Assembly: GCA_964276515.1 (NCBI GenBank)
Contig: OZ193909.1
Coordinates: forward strand, 11,346,001 to 11,410,000
Length of the DNA: 64,000 nt
DNA from: Gordius albopunctatus
Lineage: Eukaryota
Reading direction: 5' to 3'
The position numbers and the translations under genes are program-made. Under the pieces are notes generated by a model, which worked only from the letters and a program-made list of their open reading frames with translations, was not told where the DNA came from and ran no database searches. Positions 25,643 to 38,389 of this stretch are shown here, one piece after another. The stretch's first letter is position 1. Each line of letters begins with the position of its first letter.

Positions 25643-26730
25643 TATATTAAAAATATTTTGGTGAGAAAATAATTTCTGAGTTTAAATTATGATTTTTTTA
25701 TGTACTGATTCATTTTGAGTAAACAACCGATGAGAAACTATTTTTTATATAGTGAGTAGAGAGAGGACACCACATAGAAGAAACCTTAGCCCATTATCAG
25801 GCAGGGTAGTGTTGTTGTTTGAGAGAGCAATGAAAAACTCGAGTGAAAATGCACTCCAACTGGGTCAAATGCACTCTTAATGCGCCATTCAAACAACTTT
25901 ACGTGTTAAACTATATTAATGTGTATTTGTTGGATATCGGATATCAATGGTATACCGTGTGAAAAATATAATTTAAACATTCTTCCGTAAAAAATAATAT
26001 CTAGTATGAGGAATAGCATTTAAATAACTTACTCTAAAATTATAGTCATGATTATTTCAAATACAAAAAATATCATATTTATTCAAGGAAAAATGTGAGT
26101 TGTCCTTTGAACATTTAGTTGTGGAAATTAAAGTAAAGATTGAACCAGGCCTTCCAATATTTTCCATGAGTTTAACAGTTTTGAAATAATTTTCATTTGT
26201 CTCCTTAATTAGAAAATCGGCATATGACTAAATGTTTCCAAATATTTGCAGCCTCTACAAAATGTGTTTATCTTTAAGCCGAGTTGATAATAATTAAAAT
26301 AGTTCCTTTAATAATATATTTTTAATAGGTGATATCAAACATTTTATTTAAATAAGTTATCTATAACTTTTTATAGAGTACGAACCAGCGCCACTATATT
26401 AAAGCTTTTAAAGACGCATCAAAACAATTTATTATGGTCCATTCCAATCTTATATCACCATAGTCGGCAATTTTTTAGTATATACCTTTTTTCGTTTTCC
26501 TATGTTTCACATTGTTGAATCATTGTTCGCCCTAAATGATTAATAAATCTGTTTATTAAAAATAATAAATCTTATATTTTTCTAATTCTGGCATTGAGAT
26601 AATAATTTTTTAAATAGCATTATAAAATAACAATTAAAAAAAAAGATAATTTGAATAGATATTACCATTCTAATTTTTATTAAATTATAGGTCCGTAAAA
26701 AAACAAATATTTATATCGTGGTGACAGTTA

Positions 26731-29700
26731 TTAATAAATTGGACAATTTAGACGAAACTCGGCAACTTCCATTTTCGCGGACTGGATTGTGATGGGGTAT
26801 GAATATGATGTCTCAGGACATTGGTGGACTTTGACCTAACAAACATACGAAACTAAAATTCATGTTTTCAGACAATTTGGAAAAATAACAATTATTTCTA
26901 CATAAAACTACATTATTAATTAATGTTTTTATGTATATCTATTACAAAAACAAAAACTACTAGCTGCGGAATAAAATTACTGACTGTGAGATTATAGGAG
27001 TTAGGTCGAAGTAATCGCCAAAATTTCCCAAATTTGTTCGTGTAAACGGGGTGCTGACGATTATCGATGTAAACTGCGGCCCCGCTTACGGCTCTTCCAT
27101 CGGAATATGTTACTTTTCCTTCAAGGCCTAGTACAAATATATTTTTGAATTAACACAAGTTTTTAACTCCGCATGTCTGTTATAAACCTTGATTCATTGC
27201 GATCACCCTAAAAAAATAATTTTGAATGTTTGCACGACAGACAATTTGTGGATTTATATGCAATTATTATATTAAGAATTTCGAGACAACAAAGTAATCC
27301 ACCGCCATCTTTTAACAAGATTATGGCCAAGAGGGGCTTCTAAGACTTCAAGCCTTTTAAATAGTTTCGTTAAAGATATTTGGGGTCCGTTATAATAATT
27401 TATATATATAGTTGTAACAACTAAATCAAATAACCAGACCAATGTAGCAATTTATACATAAAGTTTAAAAGGTTCAGTTATTATATCAATCAACATATAG
27501 CTTGTACAAGTTTGGACTTCTCAGAAACATGAACACCCTGTTAATAAAAAAGATAAAGTGATAAAGCAAAATATTTTGACGAAAGTTATCAACTAACCTT
27601 TTTGCGTTTCTTCTAACAGGCTTATAATGGCCTTTCGGTGAATTTCCCAATAGAAGGGTAGCAACTCGGGTGGTGGAAATTTTTGACACGACAATTCAAT
27701 CGTTAGTTCAAAAACACCGTTTATGTAATTGTAATCTTGCATACCACCTATATGAGTTTACAACAAAATTTCTATTAATTATCACATAAACTTTAAGTTA
27801 TGTTGCTGTCTAAATTCACAGAAATAAATAGATGGTCGATACTGTTTTCCTTAGATAGAAAAACATATTTTTAAAGTCTGCAAACAAAAATATTTTTTGG
27901 CAATCAATTAGTCAATTATTGTACCCATTTTATTCATGTAGACTAAACTAATGTTGACGCTAATGATTACTTTAATTATATTAAAATTTATAATAATTCC
28001 ATGTAATTCGTCTTACATGCGCAAAGTAAAGAATAAAGTATCCACTAAATTAATTATGTAAGACATTTTCCATAAATTCTCGCCTATTAAATTCGAAAAC
28101 CCTATCTTAAGGATCCCCATTTTCACTGTTAATTGCGCCATTGACAATTCTACAACTTTAAGTAGACTATTTGTAATAATCTGGCCTTTATTTAAATCTT
28201 TCCCTACACATTTATAAGAATATAATAGATCTTCATTTGAGATCATGGGCAAAGGTTGCCTTCAATCTAATTAATTAAATGTACTCTATGACAACATAAG
28301 AATCTATCGCACTTAAAGGGGGGGGGCAAACACTATACGTTCTTCGATACCATAGTGTCCTTCAAAGCCCAATCAAAAACCTAGTTAACCCAAAATTTTT
28401 AAAACTCGGCTTAGGTATAATTTTTTTAATGAGTTGGGTGCGATTGGGTGAAGCTAAAAATTAACGGGGCTTTCGTGATGACGCACGATATGGAAAAGGG
28501 CGAAGTGACTTCATTCTTTTTCTTAATATCTTTATATTCATCGTGTGAATTTTATCACCTATATCACGGAAATAACAATTGCAAATAGGAGGCGTTCGTA
28601 GTGAAACCGCAGACGATTATTTTCGCCCGCGGCAAAAAGCGAACGAAAATAAGATCGTGCGATCGTTAAAAAATTGAATGCGGTATGTATGTATGTATTT
28701 TTTAGTGCTGTAAGTGAACGCGTTCAAATTTAACGTTCGTTCAATTTTAAAAATCCTTTTTTGTTTTTATTTATTTTAAAATTAATGTCAATTCGAATTT
28801 TTAACAAAAAAGTATTATATTTTTTAATCAGCTGTTTTTCCTGTTTCCTTTTACCAATTCCGAAATACTTTTAACATACTATAACGTGCAAAAGAAGATA
28901 AGATTAAATTTAATTAATTTGATATTATTAATTATAGTTTAATTTATAGGTTAATATGGACAATCATATTATTATATCGTCGTCATCTTCAGATTCTGAA
29001 TATTCAAAATCAGCAGATGAATTGAAATTGCCATGACCAAAATATGAAAAATATTTTTCACTCGTTTCATATAAAAGATCAAATTCAATAATTAAAATGA
29101 ACCTATAAAGAATAAACTTTTAGTGTTATTGAAAAAAGGGGTTGAAACCCCTAGAATTGATAATGAAAGAGCTGTCAATTCCGAGATATCATTTTTTGGC
29201 GAGGAAGTAGAGGGCGCATTGGAGGATGATATCTTGTCGCAATTTTTTGAAGCGAGGGACAAAACATTAAAAGTTTTTAATAAATTTCCTCCTTTAAAAA
29301 ATTTGTTTATTAAGTATAATACTCCAATCCCCTCATCTGCCCCTGTGGAGCAGGTTTTTAGTATAGCTAATGCTGTATTAACTGCCAAGCGTTCCTGCTT
29401 ATCAGAAGACAATTTTGAAAAACAATTATTATTAAAATTAAATAAGAAAATAGATTATATTGATTTATAATTATATTGTCGAAATAAAACTATTATTTTT
29501 TATCATGGCTATTTATTGTATTAAAAAATATAAGACATTTATTTATATTAAATTAAACTTTAAAAAAATGTATCATAAAATTTTGAACGAACGTGAACGC
29601 GTTCCTTTTTTTTAGACGAACGTGAACGGGAACGCGTTCGATTTTTTTACAAATGTTTACAGCACTAGTATTTTTATATAATTTTATATGTTTATAGAAT

Positions 29701-32048
29701 AATTACGATCTTATCAATGATATTGATATATGATTAATTTCGCGATGAATATAAAGATATTAAGAAAAATAATGAAGAGTCTGATAAATTAGCCAAAAAA
29801 TTCACTTCGATTTTTTCGCTTCGCGCGTCATTTAAGAGTCAGGAAAAGGGTAAATTACTGATGTATTTGTCGTTTAAAATTTGGGTTATGAGTTTTACCA
29901 TTTTGAGGTGAGGGGTTGAGTTATAAATGTGTTTTCGGCTAACTAATAATTAATTTCGCAAAACATTTAATTTAATGATGAAAGATAAAGTTAACATTTT
30001 TGCCAAAACTTTAGGAAAGTCATTTTTGCAAATTTTAATTAAAAGAGCCTTGTATAATTTGATAAAAAAATAAAATTTTTATTGCGACACAACATATTAA
30101 TTCAAATATGTGAGATAACATGGTTTAGGGAAGAAGAATGCCATAAATTAGCTTTATTCTTTTCCGCCATTCTACGTAAATCGGTTGATAAGCGAGCTCT
30201 AAAAGAGGTAATTTATGGCGTAACTAGGGGCATTTTGGCGATAAAACTTATCCTCTGGCATCGGAGGAATTTCAAATGCGGATCAAAACAAAGTTAACTT
30301 GGCACGTCATAATCACGTAATCAAGCCTTCCCAAGATTTATATACTTGGCATTCTTAAGGCGAGTCTAACGAGATAAACTTACTAACTTACGCAATTTTA
30401 ACGCGCCCCCTCAAACATATTTTCGCAATTTTTTTGCAATCAAAAAAAAAGAAATTCTAAAAATATCTAAAACTTTTGTGTATACCTTTGACCGGGTACC
30501 ATTGAGCCCCGTTAGTAATTCCGTTAGAAAAGTGTTCGGTGGGGTGGCAGGTGTTTCTTTGATTAATACTAGAGGCATAAGTGTAGGCGAGGTGCGTAAA
30601 TACATCATCATCATCGGATGGATTGTAATTATCAGCTTCAAATTTAAATGTGCAAAACATATTATCGCAAGCTATAAATTTGCTTTTGTTACATATTAAA
30701 TTATTCTAAAATTTTCATTAAAAATTAAAATTGTAGTTTTATTATCATGGGCGCAGGCAGGCTTAATCCAAAAATTTGTTGAAATTCATAAAAATTATGG
30801 CTAAAATTGAAAAAATAATTATCTTGCCCCCCTCTAATTCCAATTCTTGCTACGCCGATGTTTATTATTAAATAATTTTTTTCAATTTAATTCCCTTGCA
30901 GCTATATCAGGGTTCAAGGTTCAAGCTGTAAAACCTCAGCTTTTAAACACAAGTTTTTACGTTTCGAACATTCTATGAATTTTAGCATCCACCTATTTAC
31001 GCATTCAAATTAAATCTTTACGTGTTAACAAGAGTGAAGGCTATTGGCCTCGCACGTGTTATGCTCTTTCAACGACGGTCGTTTATTAGCATTTATATAA
31101 AACGGTAGTAGAAGTCAGGAATTGTCTAATAACTAAGTTTTTTGTGGATTGCCTCAAAATACTAGTATTTTTAAGTAATAAAACGATTCTAAAATAAAAA
31201 CAAACAAAATAATAAGCTTTTTTAAATTATAATTTTATGTTTTTAGTGTCTAATAAAGGAATAGATACCATAAAGAGGATTTTTGTTGTCATATGGATAA
31301 CTAACAACTTCTGCTCCCCCGTGAAAAGAAACGGATAGTAAAAATTTAAATGCCCCTAGCCAAGAAATAATAGCTAGAGTCTCAGGCTGAAATATCACAT
31401 TGTTGATTTCAAAATAGTCTGGATAATTGCGATTTAAATCAACATTGTTAACATTTTCCCTATAATTGGTATTCAATTTATAAACTGCTCTTTATAATAA
31501 TTACCTCCATTCATGATTTTCAGAATTTAAAGCCCTTTCAAATCCATCAGGGTTAAGAGATGGCAATATGTGCAAAATTGTATCACCTAAAATTCTCTTT
31601 AGCCTTAAAAAAACAGGATCATTTGATGGTGTAAGGGCATAATCTATTAAATGCAACAAAATTTCTCTCCCAACTGCCTATAAAATTAAGCATTTTGTTC
31701 ATTGAATGTAAAAATTATATTACTTCATCTCCATGAATGTTTCCAATAAGTTTAATATTTTTATATTTATCAAACGCTTCATAGTTTAAAGGAGAAACAA
31801 ATGAAATTGCTAAAACATATAGAGGTCTCCCTTAAATAAAATTATATCACTAATAAAGAATTATTTTCACCTTCAGTGCTATTTCCGATATCGTATTTAA
31901 GGGTATTATTTGGATAATCATTGGCGATGCGGTTTAGAAACCTTTCTAACTGCTCTTGATTATGGTAATTAAAGTCCAAAGCTTGTCGATTCAGGGATAA
32001 AGAAAAGTGCAGTAATATAAGATTTAACAAAAGGAGCAGTTTATACAT
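26731..32048 (-). CDS. Secreted metallocarboxypeptidase, M14B, copy 2; 8 exons, ~398 aa
   Basis: Exons 31871-32048, 31724-31830, 31505-31677, 31269-31459, 30486-30635, 27598-27747, 26985-27127, 26731-26835; all GT-AG with the same phases as copy 1. Signal peptide [18 protein letters not shown]; motifs [42 protein letters not shown]. Confidence 0.92.
28703..29667 (+). mobile_element. Non-autonomous hAT element with perfect 8-bp TSD
   Basis: TIRs TAGTGCTGTAA / TTACAGCACTA; TSD GTATTTTT (28695-28702 / 29668-29675); GAACGCGTTC subterminal motifs; ORF 29123-29470 ends [26 protein letters not shown]...R (hAT dimerisation domain). Confidence 0.92.
30746..30860. mobile_element. hAT-type MITE
   Basis: CATGGGCGCAG ... 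GCTACGCCGATG termini; perfect 8-bp TSD TTTATTAT. Confidence 0.8.
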
Positions 32049-33276
32049 ATTCAAAGTGATTAAAAATGTAGCTGGTTGAGTCGAATAAAAAATTATAGTT
32101 AAAACGAATGACAAAATTCGAATTTCGTAGATAGATTACAATAATGGTTCGGGTACATCCAGTCAAATTTTTGTATGCATGAATCAGAAATTCGGATCAT
32201 ATGAAATATTTAATTTGTACATATAAACATATGGATAATATAATATATTTTAAATATATAGTATCAAATAAATTAGATTTAATTGTTAATAATGATAATA
32301 TTTAATAATTAAGGAACATGCATTATTATCAATTGGTGTAATGTGTATATATAGCATAATTATAGTTAGAGTAAGGCTATAAAACGTTTATAATTATATT
32401 TAATGTTATATAAACATTTTAATTACATTTTAACAAATCAATTAGATTTAACTGTTAATAATAATAATAGTTAATAATTAATAAACATGTGTTACTATAA
32501 ATTCGTTAAATTTGTATGTATAGCATATGTAAAGCTAAAGTAATGCTATAAAACGTTATACATCTTGTGCATATTCTATCTGTTGTGATATTTATGGGAT
32601 TTAAATAACAGATAATAATATTTAATGATATATATAAAATGAATAAATATTAGCACTAGTGCATTTTATACCTGATATAACATCTATTTGATATAAATAA
32701 CATAAAATAATAGTTAATTATATATATATAATGAATAAATATTATCACTAATGTGCTTAATGTACAATATAGTATAAGTAAAATAAGCTTAATACAGTTA
32801 TACATACTATTGTTACATTTAAAAATAAATATTATGTAAAATAATGTATGAAAGTAGTTAAAAAAGTTAGGATAATTTTTTTATAGTTCTTGTTAGGTTA
32901 TGTTATAATTAGCAATAATCAAACTTAGTCAATTTATTTGTATAAAGTTAGCTTATAGGATTTATTCATTTAGGCGCCCTATCAACTCGCCAAAAATCAT
33001 CTCGCCTAATTTAATGTCCTTCGGTTAAAAAAGGTCCCCTAATTTAAAATCGTTCCCCATACAACCAATCACAAAATGGGGTACCTTTTTTTACCCGGGT
33101 TTCAACATCCCACATTATGGGCAAGCATTTGTTTAGACATGCAAATGAACCGTTAAAGATTATTTTACATCATAAATTATTAGCATCTAGCCAATATATT
33201 TAAGCCGTTCCAAACTATTTATATGTTTGAGCTTGTAATATCCGCAAAAGTAAAAATTTAAACAAATTTATATTTA

Positions 33277-33829
33277 TTATTGTAAATCAATTTCATCATA
33301 TAACGGGGTATCGTGACCTTGTAAGTGCATATAATTAGAGATGGCATCAACATATGGAAATAGGGGCATAGGGTTAGATATATTTGTATATTGTGCTATA
33401 AGACGATTTATATGATAATTTATAGAAGCGTATTTTTTATTTGTTTCATAAACTCTCTTGCCCTGAGAGATGTGTAGTAAATCAACATTAGTCTTTTCTT
33501 GCAGGTCTTGCAGGAAATCAACAAACACATAAATAGTAGGGTGGGTTTGTTTAAGCCCACTTCTAAGAGCATTATGAAACCCTTCTAGGTGGTTGTTGGT
33601 ACGGGGCCCCTCTGCATCAAGCCGTTGCCACATATCATAGGGGAACAAAGGGTCCCTCTCAAGCCCAACCCAGGTATTGTGGATGTACAGAAAAAAATTC
33701 TCAATTTCTCTATCGCCGCGCACATTGGGCTGGACCATGCAATGGGTCATGACATCGCGGATGTGTCCTCTCTTCACAAATGGTAATGCTAAAAGACGAC
33801 ATAGGAGCTGTGGTTTGTGCAATAAAATT
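33277..33829 (-). pseudogene. C-terminal part of a MULE (Mutator-like) transposase
   Basis: LLALPF...FFLYIHNTWVG...FPYDMW...PRTNNHLEGFHNAL...HPTIYVFVDFLQ is the typical MULE C-terminal region with the catalytic Glu. Preceded by a TTTTTACAG acceptor at 33830-33831; no N-terminal DD region found. Confidence 0.8.
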
Positions 33830-34010
33830 CTGTAAAAAGAATTCAAAATGTTTTATGAAGATCATACTTTCTAGTAAGCATCTTAAATGTATAGTAATCA
33901 TAAAACAAATTAAAAATATAATAAATAAATTTAAATATTAATAAGACATAATAAAAATATTTTTTTAAATCTGAGTATAAATAGTTTAATGAATGTTAAA
34001 GCATATATTT

Positions 34011-37000
34011 TATTAAAAATTGTGTAAAAAGAATAAGCAATTCTAAAAAAATAGTAAAAAAGTTAGTGTAAATTTGTTGCAAAAACATTAAAATTATTAT
34101 ACTCTTTTGAAGTTGAGAATTTAGTATAATCTTGTGAAGTTTGGCTGGGTTGCCTTATTAAAAATTGTGTAAAAAGAATAAGCAATTCTAAAAAAATAGT
34201 AAAAAAGTTAGTGTAAATTTGTTGCAAAAACATTAAAATTATTATACTCTTTTGAAGTTGAGAATTTAGTATAATCTTGTGAAGTTTGGCTGGGTTGCCT
34301 TATTAAAAATTGTGTAAAAAGAATAAGCAATTCTAAAAAAATAGTAAAAAAGTTAGTGTAAATTTGTTGCAAAAACATTAAAATTATTATACTCTTTTGA
34401 AGTTGAGAATTTAGTATAATCTTGTGAAGTTTGGCTGGATTGCCTTATTAAAAATTGTGTAAAAAGAATAAGCAATTCTAAAAAAATAGTAAAAAAGTTA
34501 GTGTAAATTTGTTGCAAAAACATTAAAATTATTATACTCTTTTGAAGTTGAGAATTTAGTATAATCTTGTGAAGTTTGGCTGGGTTGCCTTATTAAAAAT
34601 TGTGTAAAAAGAATAAGCAATTCTAAAAAAATAGTAAAAAAGTTAGTGTAAATTTGTTGCAAAAACATTAAAATTATTATACTCTTTTGAAGTTGAGAAT
34701 TTAGTATAATCTTGTGAAGTTTGGCTGGGTTGCCTTATTAAAAATTGTGTAAAAAGAATAAGCAATTCTAAAAAAATAGTAAAAAAGTTAGTGTAAATTT
34801 GTTGCAAAAACATTAAAATTATTATACTCTTTTGAAGTTGAGAATTTAGTATAATCTTGTGAAGTTTGGCTGGGTTGCCTTATTAAAAATTGTGTAAAAA
34901 GAATAAGCAATTCTAAAAAAATAGTAAAAAAGTTAGTGTAAATTTGTTGCAAAAACATTAAAATTATTATACTCTTTTGAAGTTGAGAATTTAGTATAAT
35001 CTTGTGAAGTTTGGCTGGATTGCCTTATTAAAAATTGTGTAAAAAGAATAAGCAATTCTAAAAAAATAGTAAAAAAGTTAGTGTAAATTTGTTGCAAAAA
35101 CATTAAAATTATTATACTCTTTTGAAGTTGAGAATTTAGTATAATCTTGTGAAGTTTGGCTGGGTTGCCTTATTAAAAATTGTGTAAAAAGAATAAGCAA
35201 TTCTAAAAAAATAGTAAAAAAGTTAGTGTAAATTTGTTGCAAAAACATTAAAATTATTATACTCTTTTGAAGTTGAGAATTTAGTATAATCTTGTGAAGT
35301 TTGGCTGGGTTGCCTTATTAAAAATTGTGTAAAAAGAATAAGCAATTCTAAAAAAATAGTAAAAAAGTTAGTGTAAATTTGTTGCAAAAACATTAAAATT
35401 ATTATACTCTTTTGAAGTTGAGAATTTAGTATAATCTTGTGAAGTTTGGCTGGGTTGCCTTATTAAAAATTGTGTAAAAAGAATAAGCAATTCTAAAAAA
35501 ATAGTAAAAAAGTTAGTGTAAATTTGTTGCAAAAACATTAAAATTATTATACTCTTTTGAAGTTGAGAATTTAGTATAATCTTGTGAAGTTTGGCTGGAT
35601 TGCCTTATTAAAAATTGTGTAAAAAGAATAAGCAATTCTAAAAAAATAGTAAAAAAGTTAGTGTAAATTTGTTGCAAAAACATTAAAATTATTATACTCT
35701 TTTGAAGTTGAGAATTTAGTATAATCTTGTGAAGTTTGGCTGGATTGCCTTATTAAAAATTGTGTAAAAAGAATAAGCAATTCTAAAAAAATAGTAAAAA
35801 AGTTAGTGTAAATTTGTTGCAAAAACATTAAAATTATTATACTCTTTTGAAGTTGAGAATTTAGTATAATCTTGTGAAGTTTGGCTGGGTTGCCTTATTA
35901 AAAATTGTGTAAAAAGAATAAGCAATTCTAAAAAAATAGTAAAAAAGTTAGTGTAAATTTGTTGCAAAAACATTAAAATTATTATACTCTTTTGAAGTTG
36001 AGAATTTAGTATAATCTTGTGAAGTTTGGCTGGGTTGCCTTATTAAAAATTGTGTAAAAAGAATAAGCAATTCTAAAAAAATAGTAAAAAAGTTAGTGTA
36101 AATTTGTTGCAAAAACATTAAAATTATTATACTCTTTTGAAGTTGAGAATTTAGTATAATCTTGTGAAGTTTGGCTGGGTTGCCTTATTAAAAATTGTGT
36201 AAAAAGAATAAGCAATTCTAAAAAAATAGTAAAAAAGTTAGTGTAAATTTGTTGCAAAAACATTAAAATTATTATACTCTTTTGAAGTTGAGAATTTAGT
36301 ATAATCTTGTGAAGTTTGGCTGGATTGCCTTATTAAAAATTGTGTAAAAAGAATAAGCAATTCTAAAAAAATAGTAAAAAAGTTAGTGTAAATTTGTTGC
36401 AAAAACATTAAAATTATTATACTCTTTTGAAGTTGAGAATTTAGTATAATCTTGTGAAGTTTGGCTGGGTTGCCTTATTAAAAATTGTGTAAAAAGAATA
36501 AGCAATTCTAAAAAAATAGTAAAAAAGTTAGTGTAAATTTGTTGCAAAAACATTAAAATTATTATACTCTTTTGAAGTTGAGAATTTAGTATAATCTTGT
36601 GAAGTTTGGCTGGGTTGCCTTATTAAAAATTGTGTAAAAAGAATAAGCAATTCTAAAAAAATAGTAAAAAAGTTAGTGTAAATTTGTTGCAAAAACATTA
36701 AAATTATTATACTCTTTTGAAGTTGAGAATTTAGTATAATCTTGTGAAGTTTGGCTGGATTGCCTTATTAAAAATTGTGTAAAAAGAATAAGCAATTCTA
36801 AAAAAATAGTAAAAAAGTTAGTGTAAATTTGTTGCAAAAACATTAAAATTATTATACTCTTTTGAAGTTGAGAATTTAGTATAATCTTGTGAAGTTTGGC
36901 TGGATTGCCTTATTAAAAATTCTGTAAAAAGAATAAGCAATTCTAAAAAAATAGTAAAAAAGTTAGTGTAAATTTGTTGCAAAAACATTAAAATTATTAT

Positions 37001-37055
37001 ACTCTTTTGAAGTTGAGAATTTAGTATAATCTTGTGAAGTTTGGCTGGGTTGCCT
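34011..37055. repeat. Tandem array, 21 x 145 bp, near-identical
   Basis: Period 145 (e.g. TGTGTAAAAA at 34021, 34166, 34311). Only two variants seen: GGCTGGGTT / GGCTGGATT among copies and TGTG>TCTG in the last copy (36922). Confidence 0.98.
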
Positions 37056-38389
37056 GAAAAAAAATCTGTTCAATTTGAAATTTGTCGCTTCGAAAAAGTT
37101 TCACGAAAAAGTTTCACGATCGTGAAACTTTTGACAGGAAGGGATTTTACCCGTTGCCCCAAAACGACAATAATGATTGTAAAATCACATGGTGAGATGG
37201 CGCCAAACCGAACACACGATGGTTCAAAATTTTTAAATGTGAATGTAAGATATAAATTCTGTTAATAATCTAAGATGTATTTATAAACAAAATTAGAAGG
37301 TAAAATTAAAAAGTCTTACATAGGACTATGCTAAAATAATGAGTCAACATAGATTCATTGTTTTATTAGTATAATCAAGGCATGGTAATTCTCTGCTTGA
37401 TGTAAAAAAGTTTGGAATGGGTTATCGGGATGTATGTACTGGTATATTGGTTTGAATAATAGGACACCCTAGGGTCCAAGATTATAAGGCAGTGGCACTT
37501 TAAGAATGTTCTAGTTGAAATATTTGTATTTCACTTCTATCCTTATCTCAGTTATTAGCAAAAATGTCTAGTATATAAAACCTCCGTTGTGAAGTGCTAA
37601 CATGCGCTTAGGTCACAATGCTATAAAAGTAATCTATCAGGTAATTAAATTTGTAGAGCTTAGGCCACCTGATACAAATGTCTGTCGGAACTTTTTTAAT
37701 TTGAGAATGGTGGGAACCGTTTTACTTTAATGGCAGTGGATAAAAAAATTACCTACCATTCACTAAAATAAGTTGATGACAGAGGTCGCAAAGTTAATAA
37801 GACACTTTGTCACAACCGAGGTACAGATCAACAATTATGCAGAGCTCCTGGCCGACATGTGCAATGTGAAGTTTTGTGTTGGAAGGGTTTCGGATAATGA
37901 CTGAATAACACCCAATTACAATGAAGGTTACCAAAAGGTTGTTCGAAGTAAGATAGTTAATGTGCTAAAGTATTAAGTCTTCCTCCTTTTGGGTTCCTAT
38001 ATATTAAGTTAGTTGAAGTTTGAGGCTATTAATATAGTATCATAGGTATTTTATTGCCTTTTTAACCAAATTTATATACCCCATACCTTCTCTATTTTCT
38101 ACATATTACGGGTTAATTAACATTAACAATTTTATTTTATTAAATAAAGCTAAGATATGATGAAACTGTCAATCTTCATTATAGGTACATAAATATATCG
38201 AATTTTCACTATATTATGACTCATTATATTTTTTGTTTTTAAAATAATATTTTTAATATGAGTTATTTAGGTAAAAAGTGTCATGCACTATGTTAAAGAT
38301 GCAAATAACTTTTTGATATATATTCTTTTTTATTAATATGTATTTAATACCATAGTTATGGGGTGTGTATTGAAATTTTCGTCCATCTT

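Noticed and set aside
28013..28252. ORF as the missing carboxypeptidase exon 6
   Set aside because: No M14 motifs; the real exon (GGMQDYNY) is at 27598-27747.
34011..37055. CRISPR array
   Set aside because: Units are contiguous and near-identical with no unique spacers; no cas genes; eukaryotic context.
32970..37210. Defined TIRs and TSD for the MULE element
   Set aside because: Only loose similarity (TTTAGGCGCCCTATC versus the reverse complement TTTGGCGCCATCTC) and no 9-bp TSD, so boundaries were not called.
37700..37900. SHCTCRPGA as a SWIM-finger transposon remnant
   Set aside because: A single short motif in broken frames is insufficient support.
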